NCBI GenBank assembly: GCA_946699565.1
Contig: CAMPDW010000005.1
Coordinates: 20,978-84,977 of the forward strand
Direction of reading: 5' to 3'
Source of the DNA: an uncultured Commensalibacter sp.
GTDB taxonomy: Bacteria > Pseudomonadota > Alphaproteobacteria > Acetobacterales > Acetobacteraceae
Length of the DNA stretch: 64,000 nucleotides
Shown: in pieces, positions 20,110 through 31,754 of the stretch
Numbering within the stretch: the stretch's first letter is position 1
How the letters are laid out: every line of letters begins with the position of its first letter
Program-made: the position numbers and the translations under genes
The notes under the pieces: model-generated
Databases searched by the model: none
Seen by the model: the letters and a program-made list of their open reading frames with translations, nothing else
Told to the model about the DNA's origin: nothing

Positions 20110-21510
20110 TTATTGATTTTTAATAGCTGTGATTTGCATATTTCCTTGATTAGCGAGTTTAAAAAGCTCAAGAAAATTACTATTTACAAAATGTTCAAGA
20201 CTTACCTTTTGAGGAAAATCAAAGGCAACTTTAATTTTCCGGTTAGGATCTTTTACTGATTGTGCCAAACTTTTATAAAATTGATAATCAAGATTAAAAT
20301 CTTTTCCTTGTTCCGAAGAATCCAAATTATGCAAGATATTATTCTGTGCTTCAGATTGCGAAATTTGAAGTTTGTCACTTCTTTCTTTTAAAAAATGTTT
20401 TTTAAACCCTTTATCTGAAACGACTATATTACCAGACTTTATAAATATTTTTCTTAGAAAAATATTATGTTCATCCCTCGTGGCCACATCAAAATAAACT
20501 TGACCTACGAATTTGATATCAACAAAATCTTTTCCTTCATATTTTATCGAATTTAAATTCAAAATAGATCGGTTTAAATCATAAGCGTAATTACAATGTA
20601 AATGTCCTTTTAAAGAAGAATATTCTAATTTTTGCAAATATTTAGCAAAATTATTGTTTTCCTTAGACAAATTATAACTAAAATTATTTAAAATACAATT
20701 TCCGTTTATAACCTTATTTTCAGCAGGAAAACTCTCAAATTTAGCTTCTGAAACAGACCATATTGGATAAGAAAAGCTATATCCACTCACTTTGGAAAAG
20801 GTATAAAATATCTTTTTCTGTTTAAATAAAATAGGAAGAGAATTTAATTTTATCTGCCCATACTTATCTTTGATTAAAATCATAAAATGGTTGATATAAA
20901 CATGATTGACTAAATTTTTTATAATTGTTGTAGAACTATCTATATAATCTATTATATTTAGTTGAATAATAAGTGATGGATCTTGCTTATAAATATGTTT
21001 TACTTGTCCATTGACAATGTTAATGTTACCCATAGCAAAGTGAAACTTACCCGTTCCAAAAATTGCTTTTTGAAAAGAAGTTTCTAATAACCCTTTAATA
21101 GGATTATCAGCTTGCTTCACTTTTTTAGATAGCAAGACCTCATATAAGGATAATCTTTTTAAAAAAATCGAATTATCACCCTTACTCCAGATAACATTTT
21201 TTGCAATAATCTTTGCTATTTTTCGTCCTGATGACGGAATAAGACGTAAATTCTTAATTTTAAGATGACTTCCATCTTGTAAAGAAAGATCTATTCCTTC
21301 AACAAAGACAGTTTGTGAAACTTTAAGCACCAATGCTTTAGAATAGGAAAACTTTCCTTTTTCACCAGCAACTTGTATTAAAATATTTTGTGTATATTTT
21401 AATACAAGCAATGCTTCTTTATAACGGATAAGATATAAATTCCACCCTAAAAAAAGCACAAAAGCGAAACAAACTGAAAATACAATACCTTTTTTTTGAA
21501 ATCTATTCAT
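20110..21510 (-). CDS. Membrane-anchored hypothetical protein (466 aa), distant paralog of the upstream gene
   Basis: N-terminal TM anchor (IVFSVCFAFVLFLGWNLYLI). Weak colinear similarity to the 21529-22959 product in the C-terminal third. Confidence 0.6.
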   Translation of the reverse strand: MNRFQKKGIVFSVCFAFVLFLGWNLYLIRYKEALLVLKYTQNILIQVAGEKGKFSYSKALVLKVSQTVFVEGIDLSLQDGSHLKIKNLRLIPSSGRKIAKIIAKNVIWSKGDNSIFLKRLSLYEVLLSKKVKQADNPIKGLLETSFQKAIFGTGKFHFAMGNINIVNGQVKHIYKQDPSLIIQLNIIDYIDSSTTIIKNLVNHVYINHFMILIKDKYGQIKLNSLPILFKQKKIFYTFSKVSGYSFSYPIWSVSEAKFESFPAENKVINGNCILNNFSYNLSKENNNFAKYLQKLEYSSLKGHLHCNYAYDLNRSILNLNSIKYEGKDFVDIKFVGQVYFDVATRDEHNIFLRKIFIKSGNIVVSDKGFKKHFLKERSDKLQISQSEAQNNILHNLDSSEQGKDFNLDYQFYKSLAQSVKDPNRKIKVAFDFPQKVSLEHFVNSNFLELFKLANQGNMQITAIKNQ

Positions 21511-21528
21511 TACGCTCTTAAAACTTGA

Positions 21529-22959
21529 TCATTGTACTAGTTTGTGGCTTGAATCGCTATCAACTTGAATATTTAGACGATCAATAATTTCTTTTTCATT
21601 CAATGAACTTAAATCCAAAAAGGAATAAGGTTGATTAGGACTAATACTCAATATAAGATCATGATCAGGATGATTAATAACATCAATAACAGCTTTACCT
21701 ACTTGACTTAAAAGTTCAGGATAATCGTCAGATGGCTGTTTTAACTCTTCGATCCATTTCTGTTTTATTTGATTAACAGTTTCATTCTTAACTTTACTTT
21801 GTGTCTCAGCTAAATGTTGAATCAATCCACCATCATGAAAGCGAATTTTGAAAGACACAATTTTATAATCACGAAGTAAAGCCAATTCATCGCTATTATA
21901 AATTGTTTCAGGGCCCTTCATTTGCATTTCTACATTAAAAGTCCCAATATCTTTCGATGTAAATTGGAATGGATTAAAATTCCATTGTTGTTTATCATAC
22001 TGATATTGTGCATTTATTTTACCAGATAAATCCAATTTATCATAACCATATTGTTTTAAAAGATATAACCGTGGATCACTATCTGTTTGAATTTGTAAAT
22101 TACTAAATATATTGGATTTATTTAGACTTTTATTATTTTCTTTATTTGCTGAAGCTTGAACGTTTCCAAGAAAATAATGAACTGAACCAATATCTAAACA
22201 TACATTTTTAATCGTTAAAGAAGTAGGTTCATTATTATTAAATTTAATTTGTTTCCCATTTTCTATATCTTGAAATAAATTTGCAAAACTTAATCCATTC
22301 ATTTGTAAGAATTCAACTTTAACACCATCCTTCCTATTATTCGTAATATTAGAATCTTTTATGTCATGAAAATTTAAATTTTTTAGAATTTGATCTGATT
22401 TGCGATTTAAACCATAATTTTTAACTTGATACTGGGCTATTTCCAATTGGTCTTTATCTTGAGGGGAAGTAATTTTTACTCGCTCAAGATTTAACAAATT
22501 AAATTCAACCTTTGAAGCATAAATTGTTTTGATTTTTCCTGTTGAATCAATTTCAATAAGATCTTTGTTTGGTTTAAAATCATTTAGATCTATATGATCA
22601 ACATGAACTACCATAGTATTCATAACATCTTGACTATCGATTTTTGTATTAAAATTATCAATGGAAACACTAACTAAATCTTTGTTTGAACCAGATTTAA
22701 TATTTAATTTATCCATTGTATAAAGCTGGCCTGATTGGCCCTTAATTTTAACCTTATCTAAAAGAGCACTACGTGAAAATATACTTGTTTTACTATGTTC
22801 GTAAGCAATTTTTGAACTAGGAAATGTTTTTTCCAACATTTGAATTCCTGCATCTAATTGATGTTGTATTTGATGTTGCATATAAACATAGCCACTACCA
22901 ACACCTCCGCCTAATATAACGATAAGTGCTGTTGTTCCTAAAATTACTGAATTTTTCAT
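21529..22959 (-). CDS. Membrane-anchored hypothetical protein (476 aa), YdgA/DUF945-like N-terminus
   Basis: N-terminal anchor followed by KIAYEHSKTSIFSRSALLDKVKIK. This resembles E. coli YdgA (VSYQNYHRGVFSSQLQLLVK) as I recall it. Assignment is tentative. Confidence 0.6.
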   Translation of the reverse strand: MKNSVILGTTALIVILGGGVGSGYVYMQHQIQHQLDAGIQMLEKTFPSSKIAYEHSKTSIFSRSALLDKVKIKGQSGQLYTMDKLNIKSGSNKDLVSVSIDNFNTKIDSQDVMNTMVVHVDHIDLNDFKPNKDLIEIDSTGKIKTIYASKVEFNLLNLERVKITSPQDKDQLEIAQYQVKNYGLNRKSDQILKNLNFHDIKDSNITNNRKDGVKVEFLQMNGLSFANLFQDIENGKQIKFNNNEPTSLTIKNVCLDIGSVHYFLGNVQASANKENNKSLNKSNIFSNLQIQTDSDPRLYLLKQYGYDKLDLSGKINAQYQYDKQQWNFNPFQFTSKDIGTFNVEMQMKGPETIYNSDELALLRDYKIVSFKIRFHDGGLIQHLAETQSKVKNETVNQIKQKWIEELKQPSDDYPELLSQVGKAVIDVINHPDHDLILSISPNQPYSFLDLSSLNEKEIIDRLNIQVDSDSSHKLVQ

Positions 22960-23159
22960 AATTTAATTCCTAAAAAATAAAAGTTAAATTATAAATAAAT
23001 ATTAAGCAATAACAATAATAAATTATTTCATCAAATTAACTATGTTTTTATCCTGTCTTATTTTATATAAATTTTAATTGTTTATTTACTTAATTTAAAA
23101 AAAACTCTTTTTTTATTAAAAAATTATTATATATTAAAAATGTTAGTTTTACTAACTAT

Positions 23160-23412
23160 GGCAATAAACGATATATGGAATAGGCGTAGTGGACCCGGGG
23201 GCGGTACCCGGCGTTTCCACCATTATATGGGGACGAAATAGGATCGACACGCGTAATAAAGATGTATTTTTTGCTCGGTATTGTACCACCGTTATCGGAC
23301 TATTTTTTACAAATGCCAACGATAATTTCGAGGCACACGCTATCGCGGCCTAATAAGCCAATGTGACAAGCGCGGCTTGGGGAGTGCCGGGCAACAGAAA
23401 CTCCTCATTTTT
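23160..23412 (+). ncRNA. ssrA: tmRNA, circularly permuted two-piece type (acceptor piece, short intervening segment, coding piece). The 5' boundary is approximate.
   Basis: GGAC-CCGGG-GGCGGTA-CCCGG-CGTTTCC-ACCA ends at 23222. A 6-nt spacer follows, then GGGGACGAAATAGGATCGAC starts at 23229. The acceptor stem GGGGACG/CGUUUCC has a G3:U pair. Tag ORF 23315-23350 is GCC AAC GAT AAT TTC GAG GCA CAC GCT ATC GCG GCC TAA TAA, giving ANDNFEAHAIAA. A terminal hairpin GGGGAGT...ACTCCTC plus T-run lies at about 23380-23412. Confidence 0.85.
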
Positions 23413-23442
23413 ATGATATTCAAATTTTAAAGACACTAAGTA

Positions 23443-24015
23443 ATGACATATTCAGATAATTCTGGTTCTGATGGAAGTAATCCTTCTCTTTTACCTTACG
23501 ATGAATGGTTTGAAGAAGCTCATCGTGAAGTAATGCTTAAAGCACTTGAAACGGTTGCAAAAGACGGTTTACCTGGCGATCATAATTTTTACATTCAATT
23601 TAAAACCGACTATCCAGAAGTAATTATTCCTTCATGTCTAAAAGCAAAATATCCAAAGGAGATAACAATTGTTTTACAGCATCAATTCTGGGATTTAAAT
23701 GTTAATAGAAAACGAAATCAAGTTTCAGTCGGACTTTCTTTTGGTGGAATTGGTAGTATTTTATATATTCCATTTGGTGCCATTATAGGTTTTGCTGATC
23801 CTTCAATTAATTTAGCTTTCCAGTTTAAACCCACAAAACATCTACTTTCAGTTGTTCAATCCCCTGCAGAAGGTTTAGTAAAAACTTTATATCCTAAACC
23901 TAAAAATAAAGAAAAACTTGAACAAGCACAACATGAATTAAAAGACAGTAAAAATAATGGAGAAAATTCACAAGTTGTCAGTTTGGATGCTTTTAGAAAG
24001 AAAACTGAAGAATAA
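23443..24015 (+). CDS. sspB: ClpXP adaptor SspB (alphaproteobacterial type)
   Basis: 190 aa. LPYDEWFEEAHREVMLKALETVAKDGLPGDHNFYIQFKT...ITIVLQHQFWDL matches the SspB substrate-binding domain. It has a disordered tail ending in VVSLDAFRKK (ClpX-binding-like). Confidence 0.8.
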   Translation: MTYSDNSGSDGSNPSLLPYDEWFEEAHREVMLKALETVAKDGLPGDHNFYIQFKTDYPEVIIPSCLKAKYPKEITIVLQHQFWDLNVNRKRNQVSVGLSFGGIGSILYIPFGAIIGFADPSINLAFQFKPTKHLLSVVQSPAEGLVKTLYPKPKNKEKLEQAQHELKDSKNNGENSQVVSLDAFRKKTEE

Positions 24016-24591
24016 TCCAGAGGTTATTTAATAAATAAATAGATGATAAGTCTATATATTTTTTATGCTTAATCTTTATAAAATAAGCTTAAAAAGTAAT
24101 TTATAATGTACTTTTATTCCAGAAAGATTAATTATTTTTTATACGCTATCCGATAATTTTTTTTGATGATAATTTAAATAAAAACATTCGATTTAAAAAA
24201 TAATTCAATAATCTAAGTTAGTTTTTTTAAAAATATTTTGTCATTTATATATATATTGGAAAATAAAAAATTTAAATATTACTTTTATATTTACTTTAAA
24301 TACTCTATATAAAAGTGTTTCACATCCAATTTATAGAAAATAATTATAGAATAACAACGATCATCTACTTTAACTATTTTGAGTATTTTTTAATTTGCAA
24401 ACCATAATGAAAATGTAACATTTATGTCGTTATTAATGATAATTTAGTGCTTAATCATCATTTATCTAGATTAGGAGAACTATTCTTTTAATTAAAATTT
24501 TATTATAAATAATAGTTTTTTTAAAAAACTTTTCAAATTTGAAATAATATTTCATCAATTTGATTTATTTTCATAGTATGAATGAATAATA

Positions 24592-26007
24592 ATGTTTTTA
24601 CACTTCTATAAAAAAATTTATATAATAATATTATTTATTTTAATCGTTGTTTTCTTTTATACCCTTTTTTATCATATCACTTTTACTCAATTCGATAACT
24701 TAGATGAAAGCCGTCATGGTGTAAGTTCAATTGAAATGATTGCCAATAAAAATTGGATTATTAATACTTGGATGAATAAAGCTGACATGTGGAATCTCAA
24801 ACCCATTCTCAGTTTTTTACCAACATGTATAATGATCTCATTATTTGGAAAATCAATTCTTACTATTAGATTATTTTCTATTATTTCAGCAATGCTATTA
24901 TGCAGCATTAGTTGTTTTTTTATCTATAAAAAATATAATATCTACGGTTCCATTCTTTTCATTTCTTTATTACTAACTGCATCCTTGCTAATTAAAACAC
25001 ATAGTTTTCGCTCAGGTGATGCGGATTCTATTTTTATTCTTTGTCAAATTTTAGTAGTCCTCACCTTAGCTTATAAGAATGATACAAAACATATTGCAAT
25101 TGCGGCTTTCTTTTCAGCCTTAGCTTTTTTATCAAAAAGCTGGCATGCACTTTTTCTCGGAGTACCCTATTTTATTACCTATGGTTATTTAATAAAAAAT
25201 AAAAAATTCTCTTTTAACTCTTTATTATTACCTATTATAAGCTTTTTTTTCCCAATTCTATTTTGGATGGCTTTACGTTATCCTTATGATGGTTTTGCTT
25301 TTATTAAGGAAATGTATCGCTATGATCTTGTTGAAAGATCAGCAAATCGTATTGCAGGTCATTATCATTCAGGATGGTATTTTTTTCATCAGCTAATTAA
25401 TCATTTCTGTTTAATAACTATTACTTTTATCTTTGCTCTTTTCTATTCCTTTTTACATAGAAAATTGAAGATGTTTTCTTATGACATCATTATTATTTTA
25501 TCCGCTATTGTAACAAGCATTACAATATTTAGTCTCGCCAAAACTAGACTTTCCCATTACAGCTATACCCATATTATTTTGATGTGTATATTCAGTGCTA
25601 TTTTGATTGCACGTGATATCAATAAATATACAAAATCACTAACCTTGGTAATTGCAACTATCGCATTATTATATAATTTTAATACTTTGCATAAATTCTC
25701 AAAAAATCGGTTACCCGCCTATTATACTTTACTTAAAAAGAATGCCTATCCTTCTACTAACGCTATTTACGTCCCTAAAGAAATAACCCAAGCTGAAAGG
25801 CTTGCTTTTATGGTAATGGGGAATTTTAATAATGATACAATTAAACAAGGTAACCCAGAAAAAAATTCTTTAGCCTACTATCGCGTAGGAGCAAATAATA
25901 ATCCTAATATAACAACTTGTCATCTTTTATCTGAAGAAAAAATATCAAGTGATATCAAAAATGAAGATGATACAATTCGCTTATATACTTGCCATAATAA
26001 CAAATAA
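24592..26007 (+). CDS. GT-C fold glycosyltransferase, family 39 / ArnT-PMT-like
   Basis: 471 aa polytopic membrane protein. First-loop motif LDESRHGVSSIEM (the DExR..EM motif of ArnT/PMT_2 enzymes). Confidence 0.7.
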   Translation: MFLHFYKKIYIIILFILIVVFFYTLFYHITFTQFDNLDESRHGVSSIEMIANKNWIINTWMNKADMWNLKPILSFLPTCIMISLFGKSILTIRLFSIISAMLLCSISCFFIYKKYNIYGSILFISLLLTASLLIKTHSFRSGDADSIFILCQILVVLTLAYKNDTKHIAIAAFFSALAFLSKSWHALFLGVPYFITYGYLIKNKKFSFNSLLLPIISFFFPILFWMALRYPYDGFAFIKEMYRYDLVERSANRIAGHYHSGWYFFHQLINHFCLITITFIFALFYSFLHRKLKMFSYDIIIILSAIVTSITIFSLAKTRLSHYSYTHIILMCIFSAILIARDINKYTKSLTLVIATIALLYNFNTLHKFSKNRLPAYYTLLKKNAYPSTNAIYVPKEITQAERLAFMVMGNFNNDTIKQGNPEKNSLAYYRVGANNNPNITTCHLLSEEKISSDIKNEDDTIRLYTCHNNK

Positions 26008-26118
26008 AGCATATCTCTTAACTTCAAGAACTTACCGCACACTTCATTAAATTTGACTTTAAAGAAATGTGCAGTTTTTTGACCATCGAACTTCAATCTT
26101 ATTCACCCCATATTTTCC

Positions 26119-27171
26119 ATGACTGACTTAACTTCTGATTTTGATTTTTCTCTTCCTGAGCATTGTATAGCCCAACATCCAATATATCCTAGAGATAAGG
26201 CTCGCCTTCTTTATATTTCAACAAGATCAGATCAATTTGAGGATAAATTCATAAGGGATCTACCTTCTTTTTTCCACAAGGGTGATATTTTAATTGCCAA
26301 CAATACCAAAGTTATTCCAGCTAAACTATTTGCGCAGAAAGGACAAGCACATATCGGTATTACCCTTGATCGGCCAATATGGAATGGAACATGGCATGTT
26401 TTGGTTAAAAATAGCAAGCGTTTAAAAGAAAAAGATCAACTTGATTTTTCTGATGGACAATGTTTCGCTATTGTTGAAAAATTGGAAACAGGAGGAAGTG
26501 CTTTTATCCGTTTTAATCTAGAAGGAAAAGAATTTAATAACTGGCTTAAAAAAGCTGGACAATTGGCACTACCCCCTTATATTCATCGTCCTCATGGACC
26601 AACCGAACAAGATGAACAAGACTATCATACAATTTTTTCACAAAAACCAGGAGCAATCGCTGCCCCCACGGCAGGATTACATTTTACAGATGAATTATTG
26701 ACACAGCTTGATTATAAAGGCGTTGAACGTCTGACCTTAACTCTGCATGTTGGTGCGGGGACTTTTTTACCCGTACGAAGTGAAAATATTCATGATCATC
26801 ACATGCACGCAGAATATGGTATTATAACACCTAAAGTTGCTGAACGTTTAAATCAAGCTAAAACCGAAAAAAGACGTATTATTGCTATTGGAACCACAAC
26901 TCTACGCTTATTGGAAAGTGCAACAGATAAACACGGGACTATCCATCCGTTTCATCAAGAAACTTCAATCTTTATTCACCCAGGATATCAATTTAAAGCT
27001 GTTGATGTCTTAATGACAAATTTTCACCTTCCTCGTTCAACATTATTTATGTTAGTTTGTGCTTTTGGTGGAACGAAAAAAATAAAGCAAGCCTATCATT
27101 ATGCAATTCAAAATAAATATCGTTTTTATTCTTATGGAGACGCCTGTTTAATTGAAAAAGCTTCCGTTTGA
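26119..27171 (+). CDS. queA: S-adenosylmethionine:tRNA ribosyltransferase-isomerase
   Basis: 350 aa. FDFSLPEHCIAQHP, LPPYI, APTAGLHFT, IAIGTTTLRLLES and YRFYSYGDA motifs. Confidence 0.93.
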   Translation: MTDLTSDFDFSLPEHCIAQHPIYPRDKARLLYISTRSDQFEDKFIRDLPSFFHKGDILIANNTKVIPAKLFAQKGQAHIGITLDRPIWNGTWHVLVKNSKRLKEKDQLDFSDGQCFAIVEKLETGGSAFIRFNLEGKEFNNWLKKAGQLALPPYIHRPHGPTEQDEQDYHTIFSQKPGAIAAPTAGLHFTDELLTQLDYKGVERLTLTLHVGAGTFLPVRSENIHDHHMHAEYGIITPKVAERLNQAKTEKRRIIAIGTTTLRLLESATDKHGTIHPFHQETSIFIHPGYQFKAVDVLMTNFHLPRSTLFMLVCAFGGTKKIKQAYHYAIQNKYRFYSYGDACLIEKASV

Positions 27172-28625
27172 TAAATAACTCATTCAATATTCTAAAACTT
27201 TAGCATTCCCGTTGTTCTAAATAAAACTAAATCTAAAACTTAAAATGCCAATCAATTTATAATAATCGCAACATCTATCATTTTGACCCATATGTTGAAT
27301 TTGCAACAATTGATTCTTTTATTTAATTAAAACATCAACAAATTAATCCTCAAAAACATATTGAATCATTTCTTGATGTTTATTCATTAAAGCTATTTCA
27401 GCATTCATAAATTAAAGAAATAAAATGAAAAAAATCTTTTTTTCATTTTATCCCTTATCTTTTTTACTATTTAATTATTGTTTTTCACCACTTGATAAAA
27501 CCATTAAACTTTCTAACTTATTTCTAATTGTAATTTAACTTAAATATTATTTTAATTTATCTAGATTAAGACAATGTGATTCATCTAAAGATCCTAAAAT
27601 TTGAAATTCTAAATTTTCGGTTATTTGTTCCATTTTTTTCCCTACTACGAACTAAATTTAAAAAAAGAAGGATATTTCGACATTTTTAATTGAATATTCT
27701 CAGCTACATAATAGATAAATTACCATAAGGATCATCTTAACCATTGCTAAAAAATTGTTTTTGTCTGTTCTTAATACCTTCAACTACAACTATATCTTCC
27801 ACAATACATTGATTAATAAGTTTATGATTGCTATTTTCATCTGCTTTTTTAACAATTTTTATCACTTTAGACAAATCATTATTGTAGTAAGAAGGTTTTA
27901 ATTCTTGTATAGTTTAAGGTCAAAACAATGATCATGAACTGGTATATAAACAACTTTCATTGTATCATTATAAATCTTTGTTTTCTTGCTATAATCGAAG
28001 ATTGATTTTACATAAGTGTAAGAATTTTTATATTGTATTGAATGCATTTGTAATTTATTAGGTTCTACAAAATTAATATTTGCATATAGATCTGTCTTAG
28101 AATTAACCACCGCTTTTTTTTACGTTGTACATTTGTCAGGCTATTTACAATAAAACCTTCTAATACACACTAATTTGCTTTATCTATTACAAGCGTTGAC
28201 TTATTAATACTCGCTTAACAATGTTAAGCTATAAGGATCGCTTGTCTAAGATTATTTTTACATAAAATAGGTTTTAAATCATCAACTATATTTTAAATTA
28301 CTTTCCCAAAAACTTCAGTTTGAGCAAAAAGATGCAATAAAATAAAAATTCTCATCAAAATAATAAATAAAATCTCTCATAAATGATACTATAATCAATT
28401 TTAAAGTTAATCAAACAACATAATTCTGCTATTTACTTATTTATCCTTGAACAGTTTAAATATGTTAATAAATTCTGATACATTTTTGTATTACAATCTT
28501 TATTTTAACCTCATAAATACAAATTATATAGATTTTCTTAATTAGAAACCTTGAAATCAATTTAGATAAAAATATAAATTTCTCGCCTGTTATACCCTTT
28601 CTTTTTTAAAAATAAATTTATATAA

Positions 28626-29807
<1,182 letters not shown>

Positions 29808-29873
29808 ACAAAATCACTAATTTAAAAATTCAAAATAAATATTTTTTAAAATAATGTTCTTCCTAATTAATAA

Positions 29874-29905
29874 AAATCAGTATTATAAAATTATAATACT
29901 GATTT
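29874..29905. terminator. Perfect 14-bp hairpin, likely bidirectional terminator
   Basis: AAATCAGTATTATA (29874-29887), loop AAAT, TATAATACTGATTT (29892-29905). A-run upstream and T-run downstream. Lies between convergent tgt and pdxT. Confidence 0.6.
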
Positions 29906-29935
29906 AAAGTAAAGTAATTTTATTTGCTTTAAAAA

Positions 29936-30511
29936 TTACACCGAAATTTTATTCATAAAATAACGCATAACATGATCATCATTCGTTAATTCTGGGTGAA
30001 AAGAACAAACAAGAATATTCCCTTGTTCCGCCATAACGATTTTTTTATCAAATTCCGCTAGTACATTAACATCCTTACCAACCGACGCAATATAAGGAGC
30101 ACGAATAAAAACGGAAGGAATATTTTTTCCTATATTTTTTATATCTAAATCCACTTCAAAACTGTCAATCTGACGACCAAAACCATTTCGAGTTACAGCA
30201 ATATCAATCAAATGTAATGATTTCAATTTCTTACCTCCATCCGTAATTGATGAACCACATAAAATTAACCCAGCACAAGTACCAAAAACAGGGTGATTTT
30301 TGGCAAATTCACGAATAGGATCATATAAATAAATCTCTTGAATTAAACGACTAATCGCCGTTGATTCACCTCCCGGAATAATCAATCCGTGTATGGTCGA
30401 TAAATCCTCTGGAATTTTAACCTCTATCGCATTCCCACCTAGTTTTTTAATTTGATCAATATGTTCACTGACAGCTCCTTGTAAGGCAAGAACACCTATT
30501 TTTTTTCGCAT
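29936..30511 (-). CDS. pdxT: PLP synthase glutaminase subunit
   Basis: 191 aa. IGVLALQGAVSEH, the GTCAG nucleophile context (VFGTCAGLIL) and FHPELT. Confidence 0.92.
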   Translation of the reverse strand: MRKKIGVLALQGAVSEHIDQIKKLGGNAIEVKIPEDLSTIHGLIIPGGESTAISRLIQEIYLYDPIREFAKNHPVFGTCAGLILCGSSITDGGKKLKSLHLIDIAVTRNGFGRQIDSFEVDLDIKNIGKNIPSVFIRAPYIASVGKDVNVLAEFDKKIVMAEQGNILVCSFHPELTNDDHVMRYFMNKISV

Positions 30512-30583
30512 GACCGTATCATTTCCCTAATCTATAATAAAAACACTCACCCTAAAGCAAATATCCTTATCTTTAATTGATGA

Positions 30584-31474
30584 TTATCTTGAACGATCTT
30601 GCATACGATCTTCGGTATGTAAATGACTCATCTCAATACCTTTCATCGGAACACCCAATCCTTTAGATAATTTAACAATCATTTCATAGTCTTCATAATG
30701 GGTTGTGGATTGTACTATTGCACGTGCAAATCTTTCCGGATGTTCTGATTTAAAAATACCAGAACCTACAAAAATACCATCAGCTCCCAAGGACATCATT
30801 AATGCAGCATCAGCAGGTGTTGCAACGCCACCAGCTGCAAAATTAACAACAGGAAGTTTACCAAGTTCTTTGACTTGTTTAATTAATTCATAAGGTGCCC
30901 CAAGATCACGAGCATAAACCATTAATTCATCATTTTTTAAACCCATTACATGATGAATCTGAGCCTGTACTTTACGCATATGACGTACAGCCTCGACAAT
31001 ATTTCCTGTACCGGGCTCACCTTTAGTTCTTAACATCGAAGCCCCCTCCCCAATGCGACGTAAGGCTTCACCTAAATCACGACACCCGCAAACAAAAGGA
31101 ACCGTATATTCACTTTTCAACAAATGATATTCATCATCTGCAGGTGTTAGGACTTCACTTTCATCAATGTAATCCACACCCATTGCCTCAAGTAATCGTG
31201 CTTCAGCAATATGACCAATTCTAGCTTTTGCCATTACAGGAATGGTCACTGCTTTCATGACAGCTTCGACAATTGTAGGATCTGCCATACGGGCAACACC
31301 ACCCGCTGCACGAATATCAGATGGTACCCGCTCCAAAGCCATTACGGCAACAGCCCCCGCTGCTTCTGCAACTTTTGCTTGTTCAGCATTCACAACATCC
31401 ATAATGACCCCGCCTTTTTGCATTTGGGCCATACCTCGTTTTACTCTTTCAGATCCTAATTTTTTATTCATCAT
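30584..31474 (-). CDS. pdxS: PLP synthase lyase subunit
   Basis: 296 aa. [52 protein letters not shown], and [15 protein letters not shown]. Confidence 0.95.
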   Translation of the reverse strand: MMNKKLGSERVKRGMAQMQKGGVIMDVVNAEQAKVAEAAGAVAVMALERVPSDIRAAGGVARMADPTIVEAVMKAVTIPVMAKARIGHIAEARLLEAMGVDYIDESEVLTPADDEYHLLKSEYTVPFVCGCRDLGEALRRIGEGASMLRTKGEPGTGNIVEAVRHMRKVQAQIHHVMGLKNDELMVYARDLGAPYELIKQVKELGKLPVVNFAAGGVATPADAALMMSLGADGIFVGSGIFKSEHPERFARAIVQSTTHYEDYEMIVKLSKGLGVPMKGIEMSHLHTEDRMQDRSR

Positions 31475-31531
31475 TTATTCTCCAGTTTAAAAAATTAAAA
31501 TCATCATGCATAAACATATGAAATAATAAAA

Positions 31532-31564
31532 CATCCAATTGGATTGATTTTTAATCATCCAATT
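31532..31564. promoter_or_regulatory. Candidate PdxR operator (repeated CATCCAATT boxes)
   Basis: CATCCAATT occurs at 31532-31540 and again at 31556-31564 (24-bp spacing). The first box is part of a perfect 12-bp palindrome, ATCCAATTGGAT (31533-31544). It lies in the divergent pdxS/pdxR intergenic region. MocR regulators bind spaced direct or inverted repeats. Confidence 0.35.
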
Positions 31565-31754
31565 TAAATATTAATTAATTGCAAGTTCACAAAAAATTAT
31601 CTATTTATTTTACACATCCCCAAATATTATTTGATTTAATGAAAATTAAATTTAATAGTCAATGGCATCTCTAAAATATTCTAACCCTCGAAAAAAAGTG
31701 ATATAATAAATGTTATTTTGTCATTATATGACGCTTTAACCATGGTTTTTAGTT

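Noticed and set aside
24016-24591. A 575-bp extremely AT-rich intergenic region, screened for a CRISPR array, tandem repeats or an RNA gene.
   Set aside because: I saw no periodic direct repeats and no GC-rich structured core. It looks like a plain AT-rich promoter/spacer region.
30584-31474. Locally higher GC in pdxS (also ettA, tgt and the T1SS ABC gene) as evidence of recent horizontal transfer.
   Set aside because: Highly conserved, Gly/Ala-rich proteins stay relatively GC-rich even in AT-rich genomes. Composition judged by eye is not adequate evidence, so phylogeny is needed.
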